A DNA stretch of 64,000 bases, taken from NCBI GenBank assembly GCA_944390315.1, contig CALXPO010000025.1:73286-137285 (forward strand). Reading direction: 5' to 3'. Shown one piece after another: positions 39,634-50,864 of this stretch. Source of the stretch: an uncultured Alphaproteobacteria bacterium (lineage in GTDB: Bacteria; Pseudomonadota; Alphaproteobacteria; RF32; CAG-239). Position 1 is the stretch's first letter; each line of letters begins with the position of its first letter. A program made the position numbers and the translations under genes. The notes beneath the pieces were generated by a model. That model saw only the letters and a program-made list of their open reading frames with translations, had not been told where the DNA came from and made no database searches.

Positions 39634-40999
39634 AAAGGTTCTTCTTGGGTTATTTGTGCTTTTGTTATTAATCGTTTGCGGATGGTACTGGGAAAATCAT
39701 TCGTTTGATGCCGACAGAATTATTAAAAATTCGCAACTCGGCAATCGCACATTTTCTACTCCGGTCGAAGAGGTTGTATCTCCGCAACATCGGATTAAAG
39801 CCTATCTGTTAGAAGATAAGTCAAATCCCATTATCAGCATCAGTTTTATTTTTGCAAACGCCGGAGCAAGGGCAGAACAAAAAGGCCAATACGGAATGGC
39901 AAAAATTGCGGCCGATTTAATGGTTGAAGGTGCCGGTGAATGGGATTCGCAACAATTTAAGGAAATGCTTGAAAATTATGCTATATCTATTAGCTTTAGC
40001 GCCGATAACGATGATATGAGCGGACAATTGTTAACAACTAAAGAATATGCACCAATTGCCTTCGACATGCTCCAAAAAACACTCTTAAGTCCGCGAGTGG
40101 AACGTCGCTATGTTAACCGCACAAAAGAGCAAGTTCTGGCTGCCATAAAACACCAACAAGAAAATCCTCAGCAACAACTAAGCCTGATGGCTAACGAAGA
40201 TTTGTTTGCACCGCACCCCTATGGGCGTAATCCGCTTGGAAATCCTGATGATATTAAGAATTTTTCACCTTTACAAATCAGGACTTTTATCCATAATAAT
40301 TTAGGTCAAAGTAATTTGATTGTCGGTATTGCCGGTGACATGAATGCGGCAGAAGCCGGAAAAATGCTTGATGATATATTTGGACAATTACCGATACAAG
40401 GTGCTACGGATAATATTTCCGAAGCCCAGTTGCGTTTAGACGGCAAAAAATCTTTTTACCACGCTGATATTGCACAAAATATTGCTTTTATTGCCGCTCA
40501 GGGTACAAAAAGAAAAGCGGAAGATTTTTATCCGCTCTATATTGCTAATTATATCCTTGGTGGTTCGGGATTAACATCTCGGTTAAATCAAACAGCGCGT
40601 GAAAAAGAAGGACTTACTTACGGCATATATACCGGTTTATCAATATCTGACAAAGCAGAAATGATTATCGGCAGCTTTTCGACCACAGCACAAAACTTTG
40701 ATTTGGTAGTTGATATTTTTACAAAAGAATGGAAAAACATGGGCATTAACGGTGTCAGCGCCCAAGAATTAGATGAGGCAAAAAACTATCTTATATCATC
40801 ATATAATTTAAGATTTGCCGATATTATTAATATTTCAGATATGCTTGCCTATATGCAAAAAGAAAATTTGGGTATAGATTTTCTGCAAAAGCGCAATCAA
40901 TATATTTCCGAGGTAACGCTCAAACAGGTAAATCAAGCAGCAGCACATTATTTTACTTTAGAAAATTTAAAAATATATGGTCTCGGAAATTTTAATTAA
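39626..40999 (+). CDS. M16-family peptidase, non-catalytic partner subunit
   Basis: Shares the M16 fold with the preceding gene but has no HxxEH motif. The starts overlap by 8 nt (ATG at 39626 after ggagaa). Confidence 0.75.
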   Translation: MSKKVLLGLFVLLLLIVCGWYWENHSFDADRIIKNSQLGNRTFSTPVEEVVSPQHRIKAYLLEDKSNPIISISFIFANAGARAEQKGQYGMAKIAADLMVEGAGEWDSQQFKEMLENYAISISFSADNDDMSGQLLTTKEYAPIAFDMLQKTLLSPRVERRYVNRTKEQVLAAIKHQQENPQQQLSLMANEDLFAPHPYGRNPLGNPDDIKNFSPLQIRTFIHNNLGQSNLIVGIAGDMNAAEAGKMLDDIFGQLPIQGATDNISEAQLRLDGKKSFYHADIAQNIAFIAAQGTKRKAEDFYPLYIANYILGGSGLTSRLNQTAREKEGLTYGIYTGLSISDKAEMIIGSFSTTAQNFDLVVDIFTKEWKNMGINGVSAQELDEAKNYLISSYNLRFADIINISDMLAYMQKENLGIDFLQKRNQYISEVTLKQVNQAAAHYFTLENLKIYGLGNFN

Positions 41000-41018
41000 G
41001 ACTTGGAGGTTTTTATAA

Positions 41019-42659
41019 ATGGAAAAAAATGTAGCAAAGACAAAAGCGTGGAAAAAATTAGCTTCTCATTATCGTTCAATCAAAGATGTTGAGATGCGAG
41101 ATTTATTTGCTTCTGATCCCAAACGTGGTGAAAAATATAATATATCTCTAGAAACGCTTTATCTTGATTATTCCAAAAATCGTTTTAATGATCAAACGAT
41201 GCAATATCTCCTCGATTTAGCGAAAGATGCAGATTTACATAATAAAATAGAAGCTATGTTCACCGGAGAAAAAATCAATACCACAGAAAACAGAGCTGTT
41301 TTGCATACGGCTTTACGCAATCGTCAGAGTACTCCGGTCTATGTGGACGGCAAAGATGTCATGCCTCAAATAAACGCAGTTCTGGCAAAAATGAAAAAAT
41401 TTACCGATGCCGTTCGATATGGAGATTTTCTCGGTTATACCGGCAAAAAATTAACAAATATCGTAAATATCGGTATCGGCGGTTCCAATTTGGGACCGGT
41501 TATGGCAACCGCCGCTCTCAAAGAATATTGGGCTAAAGATATTAAATGCTATTTTATATCTAATATTGACGGTTCTGCTTGTGAAGATGTTTTAAGCCAA
41601 ATTGATCCCGAAACGACCTTGTTTGTTGTCGTTTCCAAAACATTTACGACAATAGAAACCCTAACCAATGCCAAAACCTGCCGAAAATGGTTGGTCGATG
41701 CTTTGGGAGAATATGCCGTATCAAAACATTTTGTAGCCGTTTCGACCAATGCAAAAGAAGTATCAAAATTTGGTATTAATGTTGATAATATGTTTGAATT
41801 TTGGGATTTTGTCGGCGGAAGATATTCCATGTGGTCAGCTGTTGGGCTCTCCATAGCTTTGGCTGTCGGAATGGAAAATTTTGAAAAAATGCTCGACGGG
41901 GCCTATGAAATGGATAACCATTTTCGTAATACTCCCTTTTCCGTCAATATTCCGGTTATATTAGGCTTATTAAGTGTGTGGTATAATAATTTCTTTGGTT
42001 TTCATTGCCATGGTGTTATTCCCTATGACCAAGATTTACGCTATTTGCCAAGTTATCTCCAACAGTTATTTATGGAAAGCAACGGAAAATCAGTCAATAA
42101 CAGCAATAAATTTGTAAAATACGATACCGGTGAAATCTTGTTTGGCGGCGCAGGAACAGACGCCCAACATTCATTTTTTCAACTTTTGCATCAAGGTACA
42201 CAAATTGTTCCGCTTGACTTGATTGTTCCGGCAATTTCGCACAATGAAATGGGAGAACATCATGAAATTTTAGTTGCTAACGCCCTGGCACAAGGCGAAG
42301 CCATGATGAAAGGAAAAACTGTCGGGGAAGCAGCAGAAGAACTGGCAAAAGCAGGAAAAAGCGCAGAAGAGGTCAGTATGTTAAAGCGTTATAAGACATT
42401 TCGCGGCAACAGACCGACCAATACCATTATCCTTAAAAAAGTCGACCCTTATACTTTGGGTATGTTAGTAGCAATGTACGAACATAAAGCATTTGTAGAA
42501 GGAGTAATTTGGCGGATAAATTCTTTTGATCAAATGGGCGTTGAGCTTGGCAAAAAGTTGGCCTTAAACATCTTGCCTGAGTTACGCGGAGAGCAGACCA
42601 AAGAACATGATAGCTCTACCAGTCATCTAATTGATTTGATTAGAAAAATTCGCAAATAG
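41019..42659 (+). CDS. pgi: Glucose-6-phosphate isomerase
   Basis: 546 aa with PGI signatures (…GGRYSMWSAVGLSIA… and …FDQMGVELGK…). Confidence 0.9.
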   Translation: MEKNVAKTKAWKKLASHYRSIKDVEMRDLFASDPKRGEKYNISLETLYLDYSKNRFNDQTMQYLLDLAKDADLHNKIEAMFTGEKINTTENRAVLHTALRNRQSTPVYVDGKDVMPQINAVLAKMKKFTDAVRYGDFLGYTGKKLTNIVNIGIGGSNLGPVMATAALKEYWAKDIKCYFISNIDGSACEDVLSQIDPETTLFVVVSKTFTTIETLTNAKTCRKWLVDALGEYAVSKHFVAVSTNAKEVSKFGINVDNMFEFWDFVGGRYSMWSAVGLSIALAVGMENFEKMLDGAYEMDNHFRNTPFSVNIPVILGLLSVWYNNFFGFHCHGVIPYDQDLRYLPSYLQQLFMESNGKSVNNSNKFVKYDTGEILFGGAGTDAQHSFFQLLHQGTQIVPLDLIVPAISHNEMGEHHEILVANALAQGEAMMKGKTVGEAAEELAKAGKSAEEVSMLKRYKTFRGNRPTNTIILKKVDPYTLGMLVAMYEHKAFVEGVIWRINSFDQMGVELGKKLALNILPELRGEQTKEHDSSTSHLIDLIRKIRK

Positions 42660-42671
42660 AAAGGAAAATAT

Positions 42672-44510
42672 ATGTCTATTCGTATTTTACCCGATACTTT
42701 AGTCAATCAAATTGCTGCCGGCGAAGTTATCGAACGACCGGCCTCGGTTGTTAAAGAATTGGTTGAAAATGCAATAGATGCAGGGGCTTCATCAATAGAT
42801 ATTTCCTTGATTGACGGCGGAAAGTCGTTGATAGCGGTTTCAGATGATGGAAAAGGAATGAATAAGGAAGATTTGGAGATGGCGGTTGAAAGACACGCTA
42901 CCTCCAAACTGCCGGATAATGATTTGTTCCATATCCATTTCTTAGGATTTCGCGGTGAGGCTTTGCCTTCAATTGCTTCGGTGGCCAAACTTAGTATTGT
43001 CTCGCGTTCAAAAGATGAGGAAAACGGTTGGAAAATCGAAGTTAACGGCGGCAAAAAATCAGAAGTTATTCCTGCGGCAACCAAACTCGGTACTCGAATT
43101 GAAGTCAGAGATTTGTTTTATGCAACACCGGCAAGACTGAAATTTTTAAAAACCGCATCGGGAGAAACAGCAGCTTGTGTCGATATTGTTAATCGCATAG
43201 CTCTTGCTAATCCTGAAATTTCCTTTTATCTCAGCGAGGACGGCAAAAAAAAGATAAATCTGAATGCTTGTCAAGGCGAATTGTTTGATGCGCGTCTTAA
43301 GAGATTGAGTGATGTCATGGGACGTGAATTCGGTGAAAATTCGGTGCTTATTAATGCTAAACGCGAACATACTCAAATCAGCGGTTATGTCAGCTTACCG
43401 ACACTAAACAAAGCAAATTCTTTATCTCAATATCTTTTTGTTAATAATCGTCCCGTTCGCGATAAACTTCTGCTTGGGGCCATTAAAGGGGCATACCAAG
43501 GAGTATTGGAAATCGGACGTTATCCGTTATGCGCTTTATTTATTGATGTCAATCCGGATTATGTAGATGTTAATGTTCATCCCACCAAAGCCGAAGTCAG
43601 ATTTTTTGACGGCAACGAGGTGAGGGGATTATTAGTCAGCTCCATTCGCAATGCATTAATGGTTGGCAGCAAGCAAACCGCGGCTCCGATAAATTTAGAG
43701 AATTTCTTAGAGGACAGCCTGCGAAAAACAGAAAATAATTTTATTAAATACAACACAGAAGAACAACAAGCTGAAGTATTAAAAGAACATCAGCAAGGAA
43801 TGAGTTTTTCAAATTATACACCGTTTTATTCGCCAAAATACTTTCCTAAGACTGCAACACTTCCCGATTTGGAACGAAAATTTTCGGTGAAAGCCGAAGA
43901 ACAAACAACAAATTATGTTGCCGAAAATGACGGTATCCTAGGACAGGCAAAAGCTCAGTTTCATAATACTTATATCATTTCCCAAACGGAAGACAGTATC
44001 ATCTTAATAGACCAACATGCTGCACACGAACGCATAGTTATGGAAAAAATGAAGAAAAATCTTAATGACGGCAGAAAACCAACTACTCAATTATTACTTC
44101 TTCCCGAAATTGTGGAGTTGGATTTATCGGAAAAGCAACATTTGCTTGAAAATGAACAAAATTTAGCGCAATTAGGACTGGTGGTGGAAGAATTTGGACC
44201 GGCAGCAGTTATTGTCAGAGAAATTCCGGCACTTATTGCCGATTGCGATATTCAAGCACTAATAAAAGATTTGGCGTCACAAATAGCCGAATGGGGAACC
44301 GACTTTGCCTTAAACGAAAAATTGAACCATATTTGTGCCACCATAGCCTGCCATGGCTCTGTTCGTGCCGGACGCAGCCTCAACTTGGCAGAAATGAATC
44401 ATTTGTTGCGAGAAATGGAACAAACTCCAAATTCGGGACAATGTAACCATGGTCGTCCGACATATATTGAATTGAAATTAAAAGATATTGATAAATTATT
44501 TCACAGATAA
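42672..44510 (+). CDS. mutL: DNA mismatch repair protein MutL
   Basis: IRILPDTLVNQIAAGEVIERPASVVKELVENAIDAGA (GHKL ATPase N-terminus). 612 aa. Confidence 0.9.
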   Translation: MSIRILPDTLVNQIAAGEVIERPASVVKELVENAIDAGASSIDISLIDGGKSLIAVSDDGKGMNKEDLEMAVERHATSKLPDNDLFHIHFLGFRGEALPSIASVAKLSIVSRSKDEENGWKIEVNGGKKSEVIPAATKLGTRIEVRDLFYATPARLKFLKTASGETAACVDIVNRIALANPEISFYLSEDGKKKINLNACQGELFDARLKRLSDVMGREFGENSVLINAKREHTQISGYVSLPTLNKANSLSQYLFVNNRPVRDKLLLGAIKGAYQGVLEIGRYPLCALFIDVNPDYVDVNVHPTKAEVRFFDGNEVRGLLVSSIRNALMVGSKQTAAPINLENFLEDSLRKTENNFIKYNTEEQQAEVLKEHQQGMSFSNYTPFYSPKYFPKTATLPDLERKFSVKAEEQTTNYVAENDGILGQAKAQFHNTYIISQTEDSIILIDQHAAHERIVMEKMKKNLNDGRKPTTQLLLLPEIVELDLSEKQHLLENEQNLAQLGLVVEEFGPAAVIVREIPALIADCDIQALIKDLASQIAEWGTDFALNEKLNHICATIACHGSVRAGRSLNLAEMNHLLREMEQTPNSGQCNHGRPTYIELKLKDIDKLFHR

Positions 44511-44577
44511 CTTAAAAAATAATGCTTTTTTTACTTGACTTTTAAGCGCTGATTTTGTAAAAACGTCCACAGCAGAT

Positions 44578-44655
44578 GGCGGATGTAGCTCAGCTGGTTA
44601 GAGCGCTGGTTTGTGGTACCAGATGTCGTCAGTTCGAATCTGATTATCCGCCCCA
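44578..44655 (+). tRNA. tRNA-His (anticodon GTG) with an encoded G-1
   Basis: G-GCGGATG-TA-GCTC-AGCTGGTT-AGAGC-G-CTGGT-TTGTGGT-ACCAG-ATGTC-GTCAG-TTCGAAT-CTGAT-TATCCGC-C-CCA. The extra 5' G pairs with the discriminator C. Confidence 0.85.
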
Positions 44656-44660
44656 GCTCC

Positions 44661-44690
44661 AAACTCGGAATGCAAATTCCGAGTTTTTTG
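44661..44690 (+). terminator. Rho-independent terminator after tRNA-His
   Basis: aaactcggaat-gcaa-attccgagttt followed by tttg. Confidence 0.6.
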
Positions 44691-44694
44691 TTAA

Positions 44695-44835
44695 TTGCCT
44701 TATAGAAAACCCCGAGTTCACTTAGAGCTGAATGCCAAGGTGTCAGAACAACACCTCTCAATGCCGTTGAACGTGGTCAAACCGCAAATCTTGTAGCTGA
44801 TTTTAAACCCACAGTTTCCTGAGAGATATTTATTG
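44695..44835. repeat. Intergenic repeat element (reference copy)
   Basis: ttgccttatagaaaaccccgagtt...ctgaatgccaaggtgtcagaacaacacc...gaacgtggtcaaaccgcaaatcttgtagctgattttaaaccca...gagagatatttattg. Confidence 0.7.
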
Positions 44836-44896
44836 ATTGTTTTTTTATTTTTTATAACTACAATATAAAAATAGATTTTTAATAAGAGAGGTAGTT

Positions 44897-45379
44897 ATGA
44901 CAGTCAGAAATATACTTCTTACGCTTGCCAAAAGAAAAAAATTTGATAAAGAACTCTTTATTGAAAAATTGGTAAAAATAAATGGCTTAAACGAAAAGCA
45001 ATGGAAAGACAATTGCTTTGCGCTGATAGAGCAAATCACGCGTATTCTGCGGGGAAGAAATATAGCCATAGGTCGTTACATTACCAAATACGAAAAAATG
45101 CTGAATGAGCAAAAAGATTTATGCGACAGCAATTTAAAATCATTTTATAAAAAAGAAATTAATCGATTGAAAAAAGAAAAACAAAAAGAAAATTTGTCTA
45201 TCAGCATAAAAGATGCTATCGACATGTTGTCCATGGAAGGATATCAGATAAAAAAAGAAGGAACGGCCCCCAGTAATGACATGATGCTAAATGTTCTGAA
45301 ATATCATTTTACAATGATGGATAACGATGCAAAAAAGAAATTTTTGCAAAAAATAAATGAATATTTTTTGCACGGCTGA
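44897..45379 (+). CDS. Hypothetical protein (orphan, lysine-rich)
   Basis: 160-aa ORF in an AT-rich islet between tRNA-His plus a repeat copy and recO. Confidence 0.4.
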   Translation: MTVRNILLTLAKRKKFDKELFIEKLVKINGLNEKQWKDNCFALIEQITRILRGRNIAIGRYITKYEKMLNEQKDLCDSNLKSFYKKEINRLKKEKQKENLSISIKDAIDMLSMEGYQIKKEGTAPSNDMMLNVLKYHFTMMDNDAKKKFLQKINEYFLHG

Positions 45380-45469
45380 TATCAAAATGATATAGATTTT
45401 AAGCTAAGATAAAAAACTCTTGTCGGGGTGAATAACAGCCTGCCTAGGCTTTAGGAATAATAATATAAA

Positions 45470-46186
45470 ATGCAATTTAGTGATGAAGGATATATAATTG
45501 ACACCAGACGTTACGGCGAGAATTCGCTTATTGTACATATTATAAGCAAAAACAATGGACTGATAAGCGGATTTGTAAAATCCGGCGGTAGCAAAAAGAA
45601 CATCTCGACTTGCCAAATCGGCAACAAAATAGCCTTTAATGCCTATGCCCGCATTGAAGAAAATATGTTAAATTTAAGAGTAGAATTAGTATCGCCGATT
45701 TCTGTCAGTTTTATGGTTTCCGCTCCCAAATTGGCAACCTTATCAGCTCTGTGTTCGCTTTGTATAGTCTGTTTGCCCGAAAAAGAAAATTTAGAAAGAT
45801 TTTACTATTATGTTGAGAGTTTTTTTGAGCTTATCAATGAAGATAACTGGCTGACACATTATTGCTTCTTTGAATTTCACCTGCTTGAACATCTTGGCAT
45901 TGGCTTAGATTTAAGCGAGTGCGCCGCTTGTGGAAGCAAAGAAAATTTGGCTTATGTATCTCCCAAAAGCGGACGAGCGGTATGTTTAGAATCGGGAAAA
46001 GAGTATGCCGACAGACTTTATCAATATCCTCACTTCATTGTGGATAAAAATTATTATCCGAATAACTCAGAAATGGCGGAATTGCTGAAGATGACCGGAT
46101 TTTTCCTCAATAAAAATTTTTTTAGAATACATGGCTTGAAATTCCCGCAAAACCGTGCTACTTTGCTGGAAAATCTAGGTTTATAA
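45470..46186 (+). CDS. recO: DNA repair protein RecO
   Basis: N-terminal OB-fold block ([34 protein letters not shown]) and a C-terminal Cys cluster ([14 protein letters not shown]). Confidence 0.75.
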   Translation: MQFSDEGYIIDTRRYGENSLIVHIISKNNGLISGFVKSGGSKKNISTCQIGNKIAFNAYARIEENMLNLRVELVSPISVSFMVSAPKLATLSALCSLCIVCLPEKENLERFYYYVESFFELINEDNWLTHYCFFEFHLLEHLGIGLDLSECAACGSKENLAYVSPKSGRAVCLESGKEYADRLYQYPHFIVDKNYYPNNSEMAELLKMTGFFLNKNFFRIHGLKFPQNRATLLENLGL

Positions 46187-46194
46187 GAGAAAAA

Positions 46195-48426
46195 ATGCAA
46201 GAAAATTCAGAAAAAATTAAAAATGTGCAGTTGGCGGAAGAACTGAGCAAACGCTATCTTTCTTATGCCATGTCTACTATCGTGTCACGCTCATTGCCTG
46301 ATGTTCGTGATGGTCTAAAACCGGTACACAGACGGTTGCTCTATGCTATGCGCCAACTTCATCTTGATCCAAAATCAGGATTTAAAAAATGCGCACGCGT
46401 CGTCGGTGATGTTATCGGTAAATATCACCCGCACGGCGATAGCGCCGTTTATGGTGCCATGGTGCGTTTGGCTCAAGATTTTTCAGTGCGTTATCCTTTG
46501 GTTGACGGGCAGGGCAACTTTGGCAATATAGATGGCGACGGAGCCGCCGCCATGCGCTATACCGAGGCAAGATTAACCGAATTTGCCATCGCAATGATGG
46601 AAGGCTTGAATGATAATGCCGTTGATTTTATGGAAACATATGACGGCGAAGAAAATGAGCCGGTTGTAATGCCGTCCATGGTCCCAAATTTGCTCTGTAA
46701 CGGTTCGGCCGGTATTGCCGTCGGTATGGCTACAAATATTCCGCCGCATAATCTGAGCGAAGTCAGCGATGCACTTTTGTATCTTATTGAAAATCCGGAT
46801 TGCGATATTGAGCCTTTAGTCAGAAGAATAAAAGGTCCCGATTTTCCGACCGGCGGTTTTATTGTTGATAAATTTGAAAGTATTTTAGATACTTATCGTC
46901 AAGGGAAGGGTGTCTTTCGTATTCGCGCCAAATGGGAAAAAGAAGATTTGGGACACGGGCAATATCAAATTGTGGTTACCGAAATTCCCTATATGGTGCA
47001 AAAAGCCAAATTGGTTGAGAAAATAGCATCACTGCTTTTAGATAAAAAAATACCTTTACTCAATGATATAAGAGATGAATCTTCCCACGATATCCGTATT
47101 GTCTTAGAACCTAAAAGCCGTTTGGTCGATGCCAACCTGTTAATGGAACATTTGTTCAAACAAACAGAATTGGAAAGCCGTTTTAATATGAATATGAACG
47201 TGCTGGATTCTGACGGTGTACCTCGGGTTATGTCCATCAAAGAAGTTTTAAGAGAATTCTTAAATCATCGTCATACCGTTTTGATAAGACGTTCAAATTA
47301 TCGATTGGAAAAAATTAATTACCGTCTGGAAATCTTAAACGGTTATTTGATTGCTTATCTCAACTTAGACAGAATTATTCAAATTATCCGGGAAGAAGAA
47401 GACCCCAAACAAGTGATGATGAAAGAATTTTCACTTACGGATAATCAGGCAGAAGCTATTTTGAATATGAAATTGCGTTCCTTGCGTAAATTGGAAGAAA
47501 GTCAAATCCGCGAAGAACATGATGAATTATCGGAAGAGAAAGCTCAGTTGGAAGATTTATTATCCAACGAAGATAAGCGTTGGGCGGCAATTGCGGCAGA
47601 AATCAAACAAATGAAAGAAAAATTCGGCAAAAAGACGGCTCTCGGTCGTCGTCGTACCGAATTTGCCGAGGCTCCCGCAGAAATCGAAGTCCCGCTTGAG
47701 GCGTTGATTGAAAAAGAACCTATAACAATTATATTGTCGCAAAAAGGCTGGATAAGAAGCCTAAAAGGGCATGTTAATTTGAACGACGATTTTAAGTTCA
47801 AAGATGACGATGCTTTGCAAATTGCTTTACATGCACAAACAACTGACAAATTGGTTATTATGGACAGTTCGGGTAAGTTTTTCAATATTTCAGCCAATGA
47901 AATACCGAGCGGAAGAGGATTTGGACAACCGCTGCGTTTAATGGTGGATATAGCCAACAATGATGATGTTGTTACAATGTTTGTCTTTGAACCGAAGGCA
48001 TCATATTTGGTTGCATCAAAACGCGGTTACGGCTTTATTGTAGATGAAAATCATATTATTGCCCAAACACGCAACGGACGCAAGATTATGAATGTGGCTG
48101 ACGGGGATAGGGCAATGATGTGTGTCAAAGTCAGCGGAGATATGGTTGCAATTGTCGGTGATAACCGTAAATTGTTAGTATTCAAAACCGAAGAGATTCC
48201 GACTTTGGCACGCGGACGCGGTGTCGGTTTGCAAAAATATAAAGACGCGACTTTGTCAGATATTCAATTTTTCAATGAAAATGAAGGATTTAGCTTCAGT
48301 CGTTCGGGAGGAATCAGCACCGAAAAAGATTTGTTGACTTGGTTAGGGCATCGAGCTCAGGTCGGAAAGCAAGTTCCTTTCGGTTTTCCGAAGAATAATA
48401 AATTTTTCAATCAAAACAATGAATAA
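46195..48426 (+). CDS. parC: DNA topoisomerase IV subunit A
   Basis: [19 protein letters not shown]...[20 protein letters not shown] (catalytic Tyr region). 743 aa with no GyrA-box, which favours ParC over GyrA. Confidence 0.85.
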   Translation: MQENSEKIKNVQLAEELSKRYLSYAMSTIVSRSLPDVRDGLKPVHRRLLYAMRQLHLDPKSGFKKCARVVGDVIGKYHPHGDSAVYGAMVRLAQDFSVRYPLVDGQGNFGNIDGDGAAAMRYTEARLTEFAIAMMEGLNDNAVDFMETYDGEENEPVVMPSMVPNLLCNGSAGIAVGMATNIPPHNLSEVSDALLYLIENPDCDIEPLVRRIKGPDFPTGGFIVDKFESILDTYRQGKGVFRIRAKWEKEDLGHGQYQIVVTEIPYMVQKAKLVEKIASLLLDKKIPLLNDIRDESSHDIRIVLEPKSRLVDANLLMEHLFKQTELESRFNMNMNVLDSDGVPRVMSIKEVLREFLNHRHTVLIRRSNYRLEKINYRLEILNGYLIAYLNLDRIIQIIREEEDPKQVMMKEFSLTDNQAEAILNMKLRSLRKLEESQIREEHDELSEEKAQLEDLLSNEDKRWAAIAAEIKQMKEKFGKKTALGRRRTEFAEAPAEIEVPLEALIEKEPITIILSQKGWIRSLKGHVNLNDDFKFKDDDALQIALHAQTTDKLVIMDSSGKFFNISANEIPSGRGFGQPLRLMVDIANNDDVVTMFVFEPKASYLVASKRGYGFIVDENHIIAQTRNGRKIMNVADGDRAMMCVKVSGDMVAIVGDNRKLLVFKTEEIPTLARGRGVGLQKYKDATLSDIQFFNENEGFSFSRSGGISTEKDLLTWLGHRAQVGKQVPFGFPKNNKFFNQNNE

Positions 48427-48481
48427 AAGTTTCTGATTGTATCAAAATAGGGGAAATGCTTAAGTATTTCCTCTTTTTTTA

Positions 48482-48575
48482 TAGTTGCCTTAGCATTTAA
48501 CGCCGGCAATCACGGTCAAAACGCATGGTTTTTAGCTGATTTAGAACCCACAGTTGACTGGGAATGTCTACCGGC
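48482..48575. repeat. Intergenic repeat element, partial (3' module only)
   Basis: tagttgcctta...cacggtcaaaacgcatggtttttagctgatttagaacccacagtt... Confidence 0.55.
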
Positions 48576-49277
48576 AGCCCGACAAGAAAATTGAGATTTT
48601 TTGTTTTCGTCCTTATTATAGTGCAATTTACAAAACTTATTCATAATAAAAATACGAATAAGTTTTGGGTAGGGAATTGGAAGCATCATGCTTGTGGTCA
48701 AAAATTTCGGACAATCTTTATTACTATAGACGACAAGGAGAAATATAATGGAATTTCTCAATCAAATTTTGCAGAGCCGGCAAAAAATCATAATAATAAT
48801 CAACAGATTATGCTAACAATTTAACAGACGAGGCGGTGAGTTTTGTCTGTCTTATACACTATATATATTTGTCGTATAATCTATATTATGTATAGTTTGA
48901 TATTCGGAGATAATAAATTGAAATTAAAATATATTATTCAAATTTCTAACGCCAATTTCACTTATTTTTAACAACAAATTCAAAAAATATGCTCATATTA
49001 TCAAAATCTCGACCTCTATCTCATCTGCGCACCACAAATCTGCACCTGTCGAACACATTTCATAACTTTTTAATAACACAACATATTCAATAAATAACTT
49101 GTCGATAACTTCAATCTCATCGCAATATCTTACACCTTTGCAATTCGGCTTGAGATAAATTGTCTTATAAAACATTTTTATTAAGTTGAAATGCAATATA
49201 TCCACTTGAATAATTTGATTATTAAAATGAATTCAAATTATCCTCGACACAGTCTTAAATCTTTCTGTAAATTGCCG

Positions 49278-50864
49278 TTAAACTGCCGCGGCAATCAATG
49301 TTTGGGTATATTTTTGTTGCGGACGTTCAAAAATCTGTTCACAGTCGCCAAACTCGACCTTTTTTCCGTCTTTTAAAACCAAAATGCAATCAGACATGGC
49401 CCGAATGGCATTCATATCATGTGAGATAAAAATATAGCTGAGGTTTCTTCTTTGTTGAATTTCTTGCAATAATTTGATTATTTGGGCTTGAATGGTGACA
49501 TCCAAAGCCGATGTCGGTTCATCTAAAATCAGTAATTTAGGTTCCAAAATCAAAGCTCGGGCAATGGCTATTCTTTGCCTCTGTCCACCGGAAAATTCGT
49601 GTGGATATTTTTGCAAATCGTCTTCTTTCAGACCGGTTTCTTCAATTGTTTTCAAAACCTTGGTATAACGTTCCGCTGAGCTTAAATGCGGATAATGGAT
49701 TTTTAATCCTTCACTGACAATCTCTTCAATATTCATGCGAGGATTCAATGAATTATAGGGATCTTGAAAAACAATCTGAATATCTTTACAAAGACTTTTT
49801 CGTTGCTTGTTCGAGAGTTCCGATAAGTTTTGATTTTCAAAAAATATCTTGCCGTTATATGGAATTAATCCGATTATGGACGAACCTAATGTTGTCTTTC
49901 CCGAACCTGATTCTCCGACTATACCTATTGTTTCGCCTTGATTGAGTTTGAATGAAACATTATTTACGGCTTTTAATTCTTCGGTTACCCTTCCCCATAA
50001 ATTCTTTTTGAGCGGAAAAGTGACATTAACGTTTTTTAACTCAAGCAACATTTTTCCAAAATTATGCTTATTTTTTCTTAGCATATGGGCATTAATTAAT
50101 TCTTTGGTATAAGGATGCCGTGGGGTTTCAAAAACCTGTTGCAGGCTTCCCTGCTCTACGATTTTTCCCTGTTTCATAACTAAAACATCATCTGCAACTT
50201 TACGAATAACATTTAGGTCATGACTAATAAAAATAATAGACATATCCAATTTTTTCTTTATATCTATCAACAACTTAATTATCTGTTCTTGAACTGTTAC
50301 ATCAAGTGCCGTCGTCGGTTCGTCCGCAATCAAAATATCCGGTTGGTTGGCAATGGCCATTGCAATCATAACTCTTTGTCTTTGTCCGCCGGAAAGTTCA
50401 AATGGATAAGATTTCATGCGTTTTGCCGCATTTTGAATTCCGGTCATCTTTAATAATTTTAATGTTTCTTCTCTGGCTGCTGCTTCGCTGAAACCGCGGT
50501 GAAGCTGCAAAACTTCCATAACTTGCTTTTCAATGGTATGAAGAGGATTTAGAGAAGACATAGGTTCTTGAAAAATATAAGAAATCTTATTTCCTCGAAT
50601 GTGCCTGAATTGCTCATCCGATATTTTGGTTAAATCCTGTCCCGCAAATATAATCGAACTTTTTTCCCCTAAAACAGCTTTAGGATATGGTAATAGCCCC
50701 AACAAAGACATGGCCGTTACCGATTTTCCCGAACCGGATTCCCCGACTATGCCAAGAACTTTTCCTTTTTCAAGAGAAAACGAAAGATTATCAGCGGCAA
50801 GATTTGTACTGCCGTCATCATTTCTGAAAGCGATAGATAAATTCTTGACTGTTAACAAACTCAT
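49278..50864 (-). CDS. ABC transporter ATP-binding protein with two fused ATPase domains (YejF/OppDF-like)
   Basis: Two Walker A motifs (GESGSGKS twice), two LSGGQRQR signatures, and C-terminal oligopeptide-type extensions. Confidence 0.85.
   Translation of the reverse strand: MSLLTVKNLSIAFRNDDGSTNLAADNLSFSLEKGKVLGIVGESGSGKSVTAMSLLGLLPYPKAVLGEKSSIIFAGQDLTKISDEQFRHIRGNKISYIFQEPMSSLNPLHTIEKQVMEVLQLHRGFSEAAAREETLKLLKMTGIQNAAKRMKSYPFELSGGQRQRVMIAMAIANQPDILIADEPTTALDVTVQEQIIKLLIDIKKKLDMSIIFISHDLNVIRKVADDVLVMKQGKIVEQGSLQQVFETPRHPYTKELINAHMLRKNKHNFGKMLLELKNVNVTFPLKKNLWGRVTEELKAVNNVSFKLNQGETIGIVGESGSGKTTLGSSIIGLIPYNGKIFFENQNLSELSNKQRKSLCKDIQIVFQDPYNSLNPRMNIEEIVSEGLKIHYPHLSSAERYTKVLKTIEETGLKEDDLQKYPHEFSGGQRQRIAIARALILEPKLLILDEPTSALDVTIQAQIIKLLQEIQQRRNLSYIFISHDMNAIRAMSDCILVLKDGKKVEFGDCEQIFERPQQKYTQTLIAAAV

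Noticed and set aside
48564-48824. 86-aa plus-strand ORF and 81-aa minus-strand ORF in the parC-yejF gap
   Set aside because: They overlap each other and the repeat fragment, have low complexity, and lack an RBS. They are treated as non-coding.
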